Shown here in pieces: positions 17,122-26,702 of a stretch of DNA of 38,287 nt. The translations under genes and the position numbers were made by a program. Numbering within the stretch: the first letter of the stretch is position 1; each line of letters starts with the position of its first letter. The DNA comes from a virus (taxonomy: Duplodnaviria; Caudoviricetes): the IMG/VR virus record IMGVR_UViG_3300017785_003577, positions 1 through 38,287 of that record; one strand, written 5' to 3'. The notes under the pieces are model-generated. The model did no database searches and was not told where the DNA came from. It saw only the letters and a list, made by a program, of their open reading frames with translations.

Positions 17122-20100
17122 TTATTTACTATCTAACATTGAAACAACTCCACGCCATATTGTCCCACCATCATCTGTAATAAATGTTAACACATCAACA
17201 CCAGATGCTGTAAGTGTTGGAGCTGTGCCTCCAGGCCATTTTACAGCAGCAGGCCAAGTTAATGCAGCAGAACCTCCATTGGTTAATTCCAACACAAAAC
17301 CAATGGATGCAGGAGATGCAATAGGATTAGAAAAAGTCCATGTAGTGGTTCCGGTTACATTTGCCGATACAAAATTACCTAGAATTAAATTTATATCTCT
17401 AGTACCAGAACCAGCACCTAATTGATTATGAGTTGTACCATAATAAGTGAGAGTTCTATTACTGTTTATAAATGTTGGACTTGAAGATGTTAAAGATAAA
17501 CTTGTTACGTTTACTGAACCAGATCCTTTTGTTATTAAATTAATACTTACGTTAGCATCAGTACCAATTGCAGTTATTGTTGGAGCATTACCTGTTGTAT
17601 TACCTGTTACTGACAAATAATTTACTGCTGAACCTGTATGAGTAATTTCAAATTGTGTATTACCAGAATAAGATCCTACACCCGTGCCGCCAAAAGTTCC
17701 AAATCTCATTGAACTGGAATCAGGGGTTTGAATAGTAGCTGTAGTATCACCAGGTAATGTTAATTTTGAACCCCATGCACCAGGTATAGTTGGTGAAAAT
17801 ATAAACGGACTTGCTATGGTTCCAAAAGGTGAACTACCAGACGCCATAGTAACTACTGGAACTCCTTGAGAAATAAAATTAATTGAACCTGCACCTTTTG
17901 ACACAAGATTCATACTTACATCAGAACCAGAACCTTGTGCAGATAAAGATATAGGATTACTTGTGGTGTTACCTGTGACTTGTAAATAATTTACAGCACT
18001 AGTTGTTGTAGTAACAGCAGCCAAAGAATTATTTAAGAAAGTATTACCAGCAACACCAAGGCCTCCGGTAACAACTAAAGCGCCTGTAGTGTTACTTGTT
18101 GATGCTGTGGTATTAGCAATTATAACTGTGGCCACACTATTAGTTGTAATTACTGGACCTATATTTGCAACTGCATTATTGGCTGTGTTATAAGCAGATG
18201 ACATTTTGCCATCAGTAGCCGCTATGTTGGTGTTTTGTGTAGTATCAACGCCTTGAATAATGGTGATAGCCGTATTACTGAAATCTATCCTTACGTTTTG
18301 GCTATTGTCCACACCTTGAGCAATAGTTAATGCTGTATTACTATAATCTATTCTAACATTCTGACTTGCATTGGTACTTTCAATGATGGCCATACGAGCA
18401 TTTTGGCTTACATCTGTACCTTCGATGATGGTCATACGAGAATTCTGCGTGGTGTCAACACCTTGAATTATGGTAATGGCTGTATTGCTATAATCCAATC
18501 TCACGTTTTGGCTTAAATCTACACCTTCACTTACGGTTAATCTGGTATTCTGTGTAGCATCAACACCAATTGTTACGTTTGCTTGAGCATAGGCTGCTTG
18601 AGAATAAGCACTCAATTCTATTCCACCAACTACTGCTGTTGTAGCAATTAAATTACCTTTTACAAAACTAGCATTTAAATTGGCCGTTCTAAATGATGGA
18701 TCTGTAAGAACAATGTTATTGTTGGCACCTAATTCAGGAGTGTATCCTTGAAACAAATAATATTCTTTTGTACCAGAATCACGAATGAGTCCTGTATGAG
18801 CATTTGAGCCATCATTGTAGTGTGCAGCAAAGCCAATATCACGTAAATCACTAGTGTAATTGCCAACACCCAGTTGAATTAATGGATCAGAAACAGCAAA
18901 TGATTGTACGTTTTCGACACTAACATTGCCTATAACTGTTAAATTACCAGAAATAATTACGTTGTTAGCAAATGTGACCATACCAGTTGCGGCATTGGCT
19001 AACATAATATTGGTTACTGTTGTTGAACCTAATCTAAAATTACGATTTGTTGTTTCAAAATTATTAACATTACCATATGCACCTATTTGTAAATATTGCC
19101 CTGCGTCTGATGGGGTTCCAAGTTGAAGCCTTGGTCCTGTTGCACTAAAACCATCAATTCTTGCCACATAACTTGTATTATCAGTAGATGTAATATAAGA
19201 ATTTGAAACCACATTACCTGATACACCAAGGCCACCACCAACAATCAAAGAACCTGTAGTGTTACTTGTAGACGCTGCGGTATTTTGTAATCTAACTGGA
19301 GCAACAGTATTAAAAATTACTGTGTTGTTACCAGTATCATTAGTAATAACACCTCTTGCAACGAAAGATGATGTAGGTTCAATATAAAACGGTCCAGTCC
19401 TTATAGCCAAAAAGTTGCCAGTAAAATACAATCCAGTGTATACTGGCGACCTTGTAAAATAATTATCTGACCAGCCTAAACGATAACTATCTTGGAGAGT
19501 CGTAGTAAGAGAATAATTATTAGCAGCAGACATAAACAAATTACCGGTAATACCCATACCACCAGTAACTACAAGAGCACCACTTGTATTGCTTGTTGAA
19601 TTTGCTGTACTTGTAACGTTGGCTGAACCAGCACCTTTTGGTGTAATGTTGATACCTACATTGGTATCAGAGCCTTGTCCAGAAATTACTGGACCACCAC
19701 CTGTAGTGTTACCGGTTGCTTGTATATAATTTACTGCTGATGCTGTATGCGTTATTGTAAATTGAGTTCCTTGTCTTGGAGAAGCACCAGTAACAAAAAA
19801 GTATGGAGCTGATGTGGTATAAAAATCTAAAGCTTCAGCAACACCTATTCTTGCACCAATAACTCCAGCTTGACCACCTTGTATTGTGAGTGGCCTATTT
19901 TCTGTACCTAAAGAAAGAATATTAATTGTATTAGATACGTTTACATTACCTGATACACCAAGGCCACCATGTACAACCAATGAACCTGTAGTATTTGATA
20001 TTGATGTATTTGCACCTAAAACAAAAGTATTACCCATTACAAATAAATTATTATTTGCTTTAACTATATTACCAGATGATGTGTTTGCATATGCCGAAGG

Positions 20101-20811
20101 AGTAATTCCTGGTTCTAACTGAGCACCCCAAAAATAGCCAAACTCACCTGCAACTCCTGAGGCTCTTAAATATAATCTGGGAATAAAAGTTTGTTGATTT
20201 AATGAATTGAGTGTAAGTGAAATCCTATACCAGCCTCCACCAACATTCACAAAAGTTGAATTAACAAGATTTGTTCCAGAAAATGCAGCCGTGCCTGTGC
20301 TAAAATTTACGTTTCCGGTAGCATCATTTAATCCTCCGCCGGCCGCATAAAGATTGATTTGGCCAAAAGGACAAGATCCTTGCTTCATGTATGCAGAAAA
20401 AGTGTAAGGCGTATTTCGATTTAAGGTGTTAAAAATAGTTTGGTCCATATAACCGGTATCACCACCACCGGTTGTATTAATTAATTGTGACGCAGTATTT
20501 GTTCCGTCTGGCGCAAAAGTGTTTGCAGATGGACCAAATCGAACAGTTGATGTATTTTTAGCCCAAGCAGCATTCTCAAAATTTTGTGAAAATCTTATAA
20601 GATTGGAATTGCCTTGAACGTATATTTGTTCAGTAGTTGATTGGCCACCGATTGTTGTATTGCCTGAAATGTAGGCACCACCCCAAACCTGTAAAGATCC
20701 GGTATTTGCAAGACCTACGTTTGCATTATTTGGAGTAATCTGACCAACGACCAACATTCCGTCAACGTTAGCGGATCCATATATTCGAGTACCTGAGTTT
20801 AATCTAGCCAT
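17122..20811 (-). CDS. Modular tail fibre protein (1229 aa)
   Basis: One CBM-like APDGT/GWYR/WGAQLE domain, STSNTTGALVVxGGLGVSGN repeats, three SAVNY modules, 14/21-aa coiled-coil repeats, C-terminal LTWPAAVKWPGGTAPTLT..VDVLTF domain. Confidence 0.85.
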   Translation of the reverse strand: MARLNSGTRIYGSANVDGMLVVGQITPNNANVGLANTGSLQVWGGAYISGNTTIGGQSTTEQIYVQGNSNLIRFSQNFENAAWAKNTSTVRFGPSANTFAPDGTNTASQLINTTGGGDTGYMDQTIFNTLNRNTPYTFSAYMKQGSCPFGQINLYAAGGGLNDATGNVNFSTGTAAFSGTNLVNSTFVNVGGGWYRISLTLNSLNQQTFIPRLYLRASGVAGEFGYFWGAQLEPGITPSAYANTSSGNIVKANNNLFVMGNTFVLGANTSISNTTGSLVVHGGLGVSGNVNVSNTINILSLGTENRPLTIQGGQAGVIGARIGVAEALDFYTTSAPYFFVTGASPRQGTQFTITHTASAVNYIQATGNTTGGGPVISGQGSDTNVGINITPKGAGSANVTSTANSTSNTSGALVVTGGMGITGNLFMSAANNYSLTTTLQDSYRLGWSDNYFTRSPVYTGLYFTGNFLAIRTGPFYIEPTSSFVARGVITNDTGNNTVIFNTVAPVRLQNTAASTSNTTGSLIVGGGLGVSGNVVSNSYITSTDNTSYVARIDGFSATGPRLQLGTPSDAGQYLQIGAYGNVNNFETTNRNFRLGSTTVTNIMLANAATGMVTFANNVIISGNLTVIGNVSVENVQSFAVSDPLIQLGVGNYTSDLRDIGFAAHYNDGSNAHTGLIRDSGTKEYYLFQGYTPELGANNNIVLTDPSFRTANLNASFVKGNLIATTAVVGGIELSAYSQAAYAQANVTIGVDATQNTRLTVSEGVDLSQNVRLDYSNTAITIIQGVDTTQNSRMTIIEGTDVSQNARMAIIESTNASQNVRIDYSNTALTIAQGVDNSQNVRIDFSNTAITIIQGVDTTQNTNIAATDGKMSSAYNTANNAVANIGPVITTNSVATVIIANTTASTSNTTGALVVTGGLGVAGNTFLNNSLAAVTTTTSAVNYLQVTGNTTSNPISLSAQGSGSDVSMNLVSKGAGSINFISQGVPVVTMASGSSPFGTIASPFIFSPTIPGAWGSKLTLPGDTTATIQTPDSSSMRFGTFGGTGVGSYSGNTQFEITHTGSAVNYLSVTGNTTGNAPTITAIGTDANVSINLITKGSGSVNVTSLSLTSSSPTFINSNRTLTYYGTTHNQLGAGSGTRDINLILGNFVSANVTGTTTWTFSNPIASPASIGFVLELTNGGSAALTWPAAVKWPGGTAPTLTASGVDVLTFITDDGGTIWRGVVSMLDSK
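18180..18570 (-). repeat. 14/21-aa coiled-coil repeats shared with the 1841-aa fibre
   Basis: SQNVRLDYSNTAITIIQGVD and SQNARMAIIE units. Confidence 0.85.
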
Positions 20812-20816
20812 GTTCT

Positions 20817-20824
20817 TATTTATT
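20817..20824 (-). promoter_or_regulatory. Late promoter AATAAATA, 5 nt before the fibre ATG
   Basis: Minus strand AATAAATA-AGAAC-ATG; no SD visible. Confidence 0.6.
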
Positions 20825-20836
20825 CGTTATATTTTG

Positions 20837-22948
20837 TTAGATACCATATCTTCCACGAATGGCAGAATAGTTCTGAGATACTTCTGATGCCACCAAAGGT
20901 CTGTTATAATACATAAAATTACCAATGTTACCGTTTATACTTGCAGTACCTTGGCCATTTGTAAATGCTGAAGGTCCCGATGTCCAAGCCGGTTGTTGTG
21001 GCATTGTGTAAACAGCATCTCTTTGTGATGCCACCAATACACCATTCACATAAAAGCTAGCAAATTTACGGGTGTCATCAAATGTTATAACAGTTTGATA
21101 CCATGTATTAATCGATATCGTTGAAGAAGTTAATGATATGGTTCCTCCATTGAATACACTATAAAAACCTACGGTGCCTGTAGTCGCTGCAGCTGAACCA
21201 CCAGCAGGATTATAACCCATTCGATGGCCATGTTGTAAATAGTTGCCACGACCAGAAATCATGTTATTATTAAAATCACCAGCGTTAAAGGAACGAACTC
21301 TTGACCAAATTTCTATACTGAATGATGGAGTGTTAATTGTTGCATTAGCTATGCCCTGAATACTTGTACCAAAATTATTTCCTAAGGCTAAAAAAGATTG
21401 TGAACTGTAATCCCAAACAATTGGACTATTTGCTGTTCCAAAATTATATATTGTCATATCATTTCTATTTGGTGTAGTATCAAACCATGTCGTACCACTA
21501 CCTGGATAACTTTCTAATTTTGCTGCATCCAAATTGATTACTAAACTGCTATCTATTACTTGGTCTAGTACACCATTTTTCTCATCAAATTGTGAACTGA
21601 CCAATGAAACACCATTGGCTGTATCACGCTTAACAAAATTGGTTGCTATTGTACCTGTATTGGTTGTCTGTACATAATCTGTTGGTACAGTACCTTCTTC
21701 AATTTGATAACCCCAAAAATACGCAAAGGTGTCTGATGTGGCATATCTTATAAATTGATGTCCTTGATTATTGTTTGCCACTCGATTTGTTGAAGTCATC
21801 CAACAACGATACCATCCATTACCAACAGGAACGATTCCATAGGAATCTGCAGTGCCGCCACTTCCATCGGAAATTGTTGTACTAGTTGGTGTTAAAAAAA
21901 ATTGTACTCCAACATTAACACTGGATCTCCCTGCATATGCAAACCCATATAACAAAATATAAAAAGACATACTTGGTGAACCTGGTTTTGCATATACACT
22001 AAATGTATATGGTACTCCTGATTTGTATCTTGGATTATTAAATGGTGTACTGAGTTGACCTGATTGACGAGCTTGCTGCCATTTAACTGCTGTATTTGTT
22101 CCGTCTGGTGCAGCCGTTTCATCTGTCACATTAATAACCGGAGGATCAAAATCCCATCCTTTGGACCATAAAGCTAGGTTTGCTGGATAGGCTAAGTTTT
22201 TTGCTGGAACATTTTTGTTGTAACTCATCTCATCAATATAGGAACGTGCATAATAATTGCCTATATTTGTTGTTTTAAATATGACGTTTGAAACAGGAAA
22301 TCCAGAAGAATTTGTGAGAACAGGATCGGTAGCTACTGCGCCTATTTCTACTTGTGGATTCCACAAATAAACACCAGAAAATCCATCTCCAACTTTTGTT
22401 CCAGTACCATTTGCCTCACCTAAAGATAAATTAAAACCTACAGTTAGTGCCCATCTTGGTGTGGCACTTACTGATACACGATACCATCCATTACCAACAT
22501 TGATTACTGGATTTGTTTGATTTCCACCAGTTTTTGTTCCATCAATAATATTAATTAAATCAGCTGCACCATAATATGCGCCTTCTTCAAGATAACCGGG
22601 AGGAGTGCTATCAAACCACAACATAATATTTGAAAAACCAGCTTCTTTAACATATACACTAAAAGTATATTTTACGTTTGCTTGTAAAGTAATACCTTGA
22701 TAAATTGATTTTCGAATAGTGACGCCGGCATTACCAATTATTTTACTAGCAAAAGTCTTTTCGTCCGGCCCCAAAATAAAGTTATCAATAGCAGTACTAT
22801 TTTGCGGAACCCAAAAACCTGTGTTGTATGCTTGTGAAGAACGAATTAGATTTTTGCCAAATGCAACAGAAGGATTATAACTTATTTCATCTATTGTATT
22901 TGCTGTGTAGAAAGTACCGTTTGATGTGATTCGAGTAACATTAGGCAT
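20837..22948 (-). CDS. Virion lectin-like protein: two CBM-like domains plus a C-terminal LamG/ConA-like domain (703 aa)
   Basis: Two NL...W...(A/G)PD...VGNGWYR...W..Q.E.G domains; LDAAKLESYPGSGTTWFD...YNRPL...QNYSAIRGRYGI. Confidence 0.8.
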   Translation of the reverse strand: MPNVTRITSNGTFYTANTIDEISYNPSVAFGKNLIRSSQAYNTGFWVPQNSTAIDNFILGPDEKTFASKIIGNAGVTIRKSIYQGITLQANVKYTFSVYVKEAGFSNIMLWFDSTPPGYLEEGAYYGAADLINIIDGTKTGGNQTNPVINVGNGWYRVSVSATPRWALTVGFNLSLGEANGTGTKVGDGFSGVYLWNPQVEIGAVATDPVLTNSSGFPVSNVIFKTTNIGNYYARSYIDEMSYNKNVPAKNLAYPANLALWSKGWDFDPPVINVTDETAAPDGTNTAVKWQQARQSGQLSTPFNNPRYKSGVPYTFSVYAKPGSPSMSFYILLYGFAYAGRSSVNVGVQFFLTPTSTTISDGSGGTADSYGIVPVGNGWYRCWMTSTNRVANNNQGHQFIRYATSDTFAYFWGYQIEEGTVPTDYVQTTNTGTIATNFVKRDTANGVSLVSSQFDEKNGVLDQVIDSSLVINLDAAKLESYPGSGTTWFDTTPNRNDMTIYNFGTANSPIVWDYSSQSFLALGNNFGTSIQGIANATINTPSFSIEIWSRVRSFNAGDFNNNMISGRGNYLQHGHRMGYNPAGGSAAATTGTVGFYSVFNGGTISLTSSTISINTWYQTVITFDDTRKFASFYVNGVLVASQRDAVYTMPQQPAWTSGPSAFTNGQGTASINGNIGNFMYYNRPLVASEVSQNYSAIRGRYGI

Positions 22949-22951
22949 CGT

Positions 22952-23341
22952 TTATCCAAAAGTAACATCAATACTACCCAAAGGATTGTAGACTTGAAAA
23001 GCAACCGAGGTGGCATTGGCTACACCAGCAGAAAAACCTAATCGACTACCAACATACAAAGATTCTGAAACACCAACACCGCCACCCACAACTAAAGTTC
23101 CTGTGTTGGTCGAATTGGATGTTGCATATGTGGTTAAATTAATTCTACCAACAGAAATGGTTGTGTTCGCTAATGCGGGACCGTTTAACAATACTTCTGA
23201 GTTGATGACTTGTGTGCCACCAATAGGTAAAGTTTTGAAAAGCCGATTTGATGTTGGGTCAAACACCTCATCTCCAAGCCTTTGGCCGTTGATTGAGGTG
23301 TTTGCCGATACTACACTTCGAATATAATCCCGAGAGGACAT
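22952..23341 (-). CDS. Small fibre-like protein (129 aa)
   Basis: Start moved to ATG 23341 (GGAGG SD; MSSRDYIR). One TGTLVVGGGVGVS repeat; ends YNPLGSIDVTFG. Confidence 0.72.
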   Translation of the reverse strand: MSSRDYIRSVVSANTSINGQRLGDEVFDPTSNRLFKTLPIGGTQVINSEVLLNGPALANTTISVGRINLTTYATSNSTNTGTLVVGGGVGVSESLYVGSRLGFSAGVANATSVAFQVYNPLGSIDVTFG

Positions 23342-23351
23342 TTTACCTCCC

Positions 23352-26219
23352 TTAAGCTTGCGCCTCTGTCCAACTAATACGAGCATTGATTGAATTTGTT
23401 GTAACAGCAGTAACGTTGGTAGCACAAATTGTAATCATATCTGGTCCATCTGGAAAGACGTTCTGGAAGGTAGTAGGTACGTTAAGTGAATTACCGCCAC
23501 CTAAAATTGAATTACCTAAATCACGAACCAATGTAAGTTCTTCAGAAGTTACACCTGGAGTTGTTGTAAAGAAACCATAGATATCTTCACCACCAAGAAT
23601 TGTTTGTCCTGCTGTATGAAATGCCACTTGTGATAAACTTGAACCGCCAGCATTAATAAATGTTCCGCCACTTACTCGACCATTCAATCGTAATGTAATT
23701 AGAAAAGACATACCTGCGCCGGTGCTAAACGCATCAACTTGACGTAATATCATTTGCATACGATTAATAATTTCTCGTTGACCTAACAAACCCGACAAAC
23801 CACTATCTACTGAGGGAGAAGGACGAATTGTGAGTAACGGTACTGTCGCACCAGCACCAATATTATTAATTGTTGTTCTCATACCAGCAACGAACACAAA
23901 AGATTTATCGTCATCAAAACGACCATCCATAATTACAGAAGAACCCCAATGGCTAATTGTTGATGCTTGAGCAGGTGAGAAAGATTCAACTAATATTGGC
24001 GCAGTTGCCGAGAATGTAAATGTGGTTGCTGTACTGGTACCTAATGCAATACCACCAGTATTGGCAGAATTGCGTTGCAATCCAGTAAATGTTGTTGCTG
24101 TTTTACCCGTATAGTAGATGTATTCAATTGCACCACCAGCCGAAGCAGCTGCAGATACCACTAACGTACCAACTGGTGGGAATAATGTTGTATCATTAAC
24201 CGTCATTGAAGTTGCACCAGCAGCCAATGTTGATGCTAAGAAAGTTCTTGATGCAATTGTGTTTGTTTCATATCGAGCAGGAATGTTACCTGATCGCATG
24301 TAAGCTTCAGTATTGTTGTTGTTGTTTACTATTCGATGGCAGTAGAACACTTCACCACGAGTATTTTTGAAACCAAAACGAATTGCTCCAGCACCATACC
24401 AAGTAAAGTCAATATAGAACATTTGCATCTTAGTCAAATCTAAATTGTATAAACTTGCTCCTGTGCCATCACATCGGTCAATATTCCATTGTGATTGTGG
24501 GAATCGTAAATCTACCGTTTTACTAACTACACATGGGCTAGTTGACATACCACGATATTCAGGGTAAACACACATTACTGTATTTGAAAGGATTGATTGT
24601 ACAAGATAACTCATTCCTCGAATAACAACATAATCTCCTGGTTTTAATTCTTGTGCATATTTGGTGTTAGTACCAGTTATAAGATTGCCTCCGACATTCG
24701 CTGAAGAATAACCAGAAAGTTGAGCCGTGCTTGAACGGCGAACAGCATATATGGTTTGACCATCATATTCAAAGAAGAAACCGTTTTGATTATCAAACAT
24801 ACCAACACGATTAGAAGAACCGTACCAAGCGTATGGTGAAACTATTAATGGAAAACCTGTTGCTGTTACCGCTGCCGGTACTGAGTTTGCTGTATATGTT
24901 AATGCTAAAGCGGTATTAGAACCAGTAACAGTAAACAACCCGTTGTAACCGGATTGTTCAGCACCAGATATCAAAATTTGTGAGTTGGCGGCTATACCAT
25001 GTGGATATTTTGTTGTAATCGTGCATGTTGTACCTGAACTTGAAATGTTATCGACATACAATGGAGGTTTAATAATAGAACCTGTAGAGAATTGAATGCC
25101 TTTACCTGATTGATAACGGAACTGTCTACGAGTTTGACGAATTACTTGATATCCGTGGAATGGAGATACGTTACTAAATTGTACACCGCCATCAAATGGT
25201 CGATGTTCAACATAACCCAATGACCTTGGGAAAATAGAATTGTTTGCCTGTGCAGTGATTGATCCTGTTGCAGCACAAGGGAAAGTAAAGATATGTGTGT
25301 TTGGTGTATTTGCAACAACAAAGCTACTGTTTAATAGTCCTGTATTGCCGGTACAGTTTGTAACATACAGACCACTACCAACTCGTAAGCCATGTGGATT
25401 GGTTGTAGTAACTGTTGCAACTGTACCATTTAAAACAATGGCATTGGTGGGGGCTGGAATTGCAGCGCCTGTAAAGAAATTACCAATCGACACATATGTT
25501 TTTGTTGCATCAAACAATGCTGTAGTTGTTGGAGTGCCAGTTGTTGTAAATGTAAAACTTGTATTAGGCGAAACACCTTCAACGATCCACCAACCATCTA
25601 CGTTTGCTTGGTCTAACGTACCTTGAATAAAAATAGGAGTGTTTGCAACAATACCAAGGGTATTATTAATTGCAACAGTTATGGTTTTACCAGATGATGT
25701 TACGTTGGTAACTTGATATACACCAGACGAATTAAAGAAAGCAGAGTTTGACGATATGTTTGAAATACTTTGTGTAGGATCATAGAAAGCTGAAGGACGA
25801 TTGTTTAAAAGATTAATAGATTCCCATTTGGTTGATTGCACACCATATTCAAAGTCAGTATCAATAAGAGATTGTGGTGTAGACACACGAAGTTTGTCCA
25901 CAGGATCACGCATGACTTCAGAAGGAATAATTTCTTGATAAGATTCTTCTGTGAGAATAGATAACTTATCTGTCGAGTTCATTGAACCAGTAGCAAATGC
26001 TAACACAACTGTGGTAGTTTCTAAACCAGTCGAAGTATTGGTTGAGTTGGTATAACTAGTTGCTTGAAGTGCTGGATCGGAGAAATTATAGATGACTGTG
26101 CCAGCAGTTGTATTGGTAATCAATAACAACTGTTCTCTACGAATATTCTTACCAGTTACCGTAACCGTTCTTGTAGACGGAGTAAATGTGTAGTTTTCAA
26201 TTATAACGTGCTTTGCCAT
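23352..26219 (-). CDS. Large virion structural protein (955 aa), baseplate/fibre-associated
   Basis: T/S/N/G-rich; N-terminal YTFTPS...LLLITN...IYNFSDP; DPVDKLRVSTPQSLIDTDFEYG; repeated T.TT..PHG small beta domains; WYGAGAIRFG. Confidence 0.72.
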   Translation of the reverse strand: MAKHVIIENYTFTPSTRTVTVTGKNIRREQLLLITNTTAGTVIYNFSDPALQATSYTNSTNTSTGLETTTVVLAFATGSMNSTDKLSILTEESYQEIIPSEVMRDPVDKLRVSTPQSLIDTDFEYGVQSTKWESINLLNNRPSAFYDPTQSISNISSNSAFFNSSGVYQVTNVTSSGKTITVAINNTLGIVANTPIFIQGTLDQANVDGWWIVEGVSPNTSFTFTTTGTPTTTALFDATKTYVSIGNFFTGAAIPAPTNAIVLNGTVATVTTTNPHGLRVGSGLYVTNCTGNTGLLNSSFVVANTPNTHIFTFPCAATGSITAQANNSIFPRSLGYVEHRPFDGGVQFSNVSPFHGYQVIRQTRRQFRYQSGKGIQFSTGSIIKPPLYVDNISSSGTTCTITTKYPHGIAANSQILISGAEQSGYNGLFTVTGSNTALALTYTANSVPAAVTATGFPLIVSPYAWYGSSNRVGMFDNQNGFFFEYDGQTIYAVRRSSTAQLSGYSSANVGGNLITGTNTKYAQELKPGDYVVIRGMSYLVQSILSNTVMCVYPEYRGMSTSPCVVSKTVDLRFPQSQWNIDRCDGTGASLYNLDLTKMQMFYIDFTWYGAGAIRFGFKNTRGEVFYCHRIVNNNNNTEAYMRSGNIPARYETNTIASRTFLASTLAAGATSMTVNDTTLFPPVGTLVVSAAASAGGAIEYIYYTGKTATTFTGLQRNSANTGGIALGTSTATTFTFSATAPILVESFSPAQASTISHWGSSVIMDGRFDDDKSFVFVAGMRTTINNIGAGATVPLLTIRPSPSVDSGLSGLLGQREIINRMQMILRQVDAFSTGAGMSFLITLRLNGRVSGGTFINAGGSSLSQVAFHTAGQTILGGEDIYGFFTTTPGVTSEELTLVRDLGNSILGGGNSLNVPTTFQNVFPDGPDMITICATNVTAVTTNSINARISWTEAQA

Positions 26220-26223
26220 TTAA

Positions 26224-26682
26224 TTAATCTCCTAGTGCTATCGTAGCGGCTGAATATGGGTACTTCTTAGTTTGTGGAATTGATGAATTATTTATGAGTG
26301 TTAGAATCGCTTGGTCACCAGGTGCCGGTGGGTTATAAATGGTAAGCCGAGAAGTGGTATTACTACTCACCACTCTATAACCTTTGAAGGAATCGTATGG
26401 AGTTAACCAGGGAAATCTTAGTTCTCGGACATACGGTGACAGACGAGCACCATTGACAACGACCTCCAAGTTCTTGGAGTCCATAATACTGGTCACATTT
26501 GACTGGTCGACCCTTAATTGAAACACACACTTAGCATTATCAAATTCATTGGTAATATCATTTAGTACGGATGGTATGGCTGTGGTAACAATATTGTTAG
26601 CAAATACGGTACCACCAACGAACAATGTGGAATCCACATTCGCTGTACCGTATACTCTTGTTCCGCTTATAAGTTTTGCCAT
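26224..26682 (-). CDS. Hypothetical virion protein (152 aa) sharing its N-terminus with the 1229-aa fibre
   Basis: MAKLISGTRVYGTANVD versus MARLNSGTRIYGSANVD. Confidence 0.7.
   Translation of the reverse strand: MAKLISGTRVYGTANVDSTLFVGGTVFANNIVTTAIPSVLNDITNEFDNAKCVFQLRVDQSNVTSIMDSKNLEVVVNGARLSPYVRELRFPWLTPYDSFKGYRVVSSNTTSRLTIYNPPAPGDQAILTLINNSSIPQTKKYPYSAATIALGD
26289..26296 (-). promoter_or_regulatory. Possible intragenic late promoter CATAAATA for the 955-aa gene
   Basis: NATAAATA about 70 nt upstream of the ATG at 26219; could occur by chance in AT-rich coding DNA. Confidence 0.4.
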
Positions 26683-26689
26683 GGTATCC

Positions 26690-26697
26690 TATTTATC
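26690..26697 (-). promoter_or_regulatory. Late promoter GATAAATA, 7 nt before ATG 26682
   Basis: Minus strand GATAAATA-GGATACC-ATG. Confidence 0.58.
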
Positions 26698-26702
26698 TAT
26701 AT

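Noticed and set aside
17123-17130. AGTAAATA upstream of the chaperone gene as a late promoter
   Set aside because: Mismatch in the ATAAATA core; likely read-through from the fibre gene.
23342-23425. Extended ORF-track start for the 157-aa ORF (likewise 922, 12561 and 14440)
   Set aside because: The extensions overlap upstream genes or lack an SD; better starts are at 23341, 877, 12531 and 14434.
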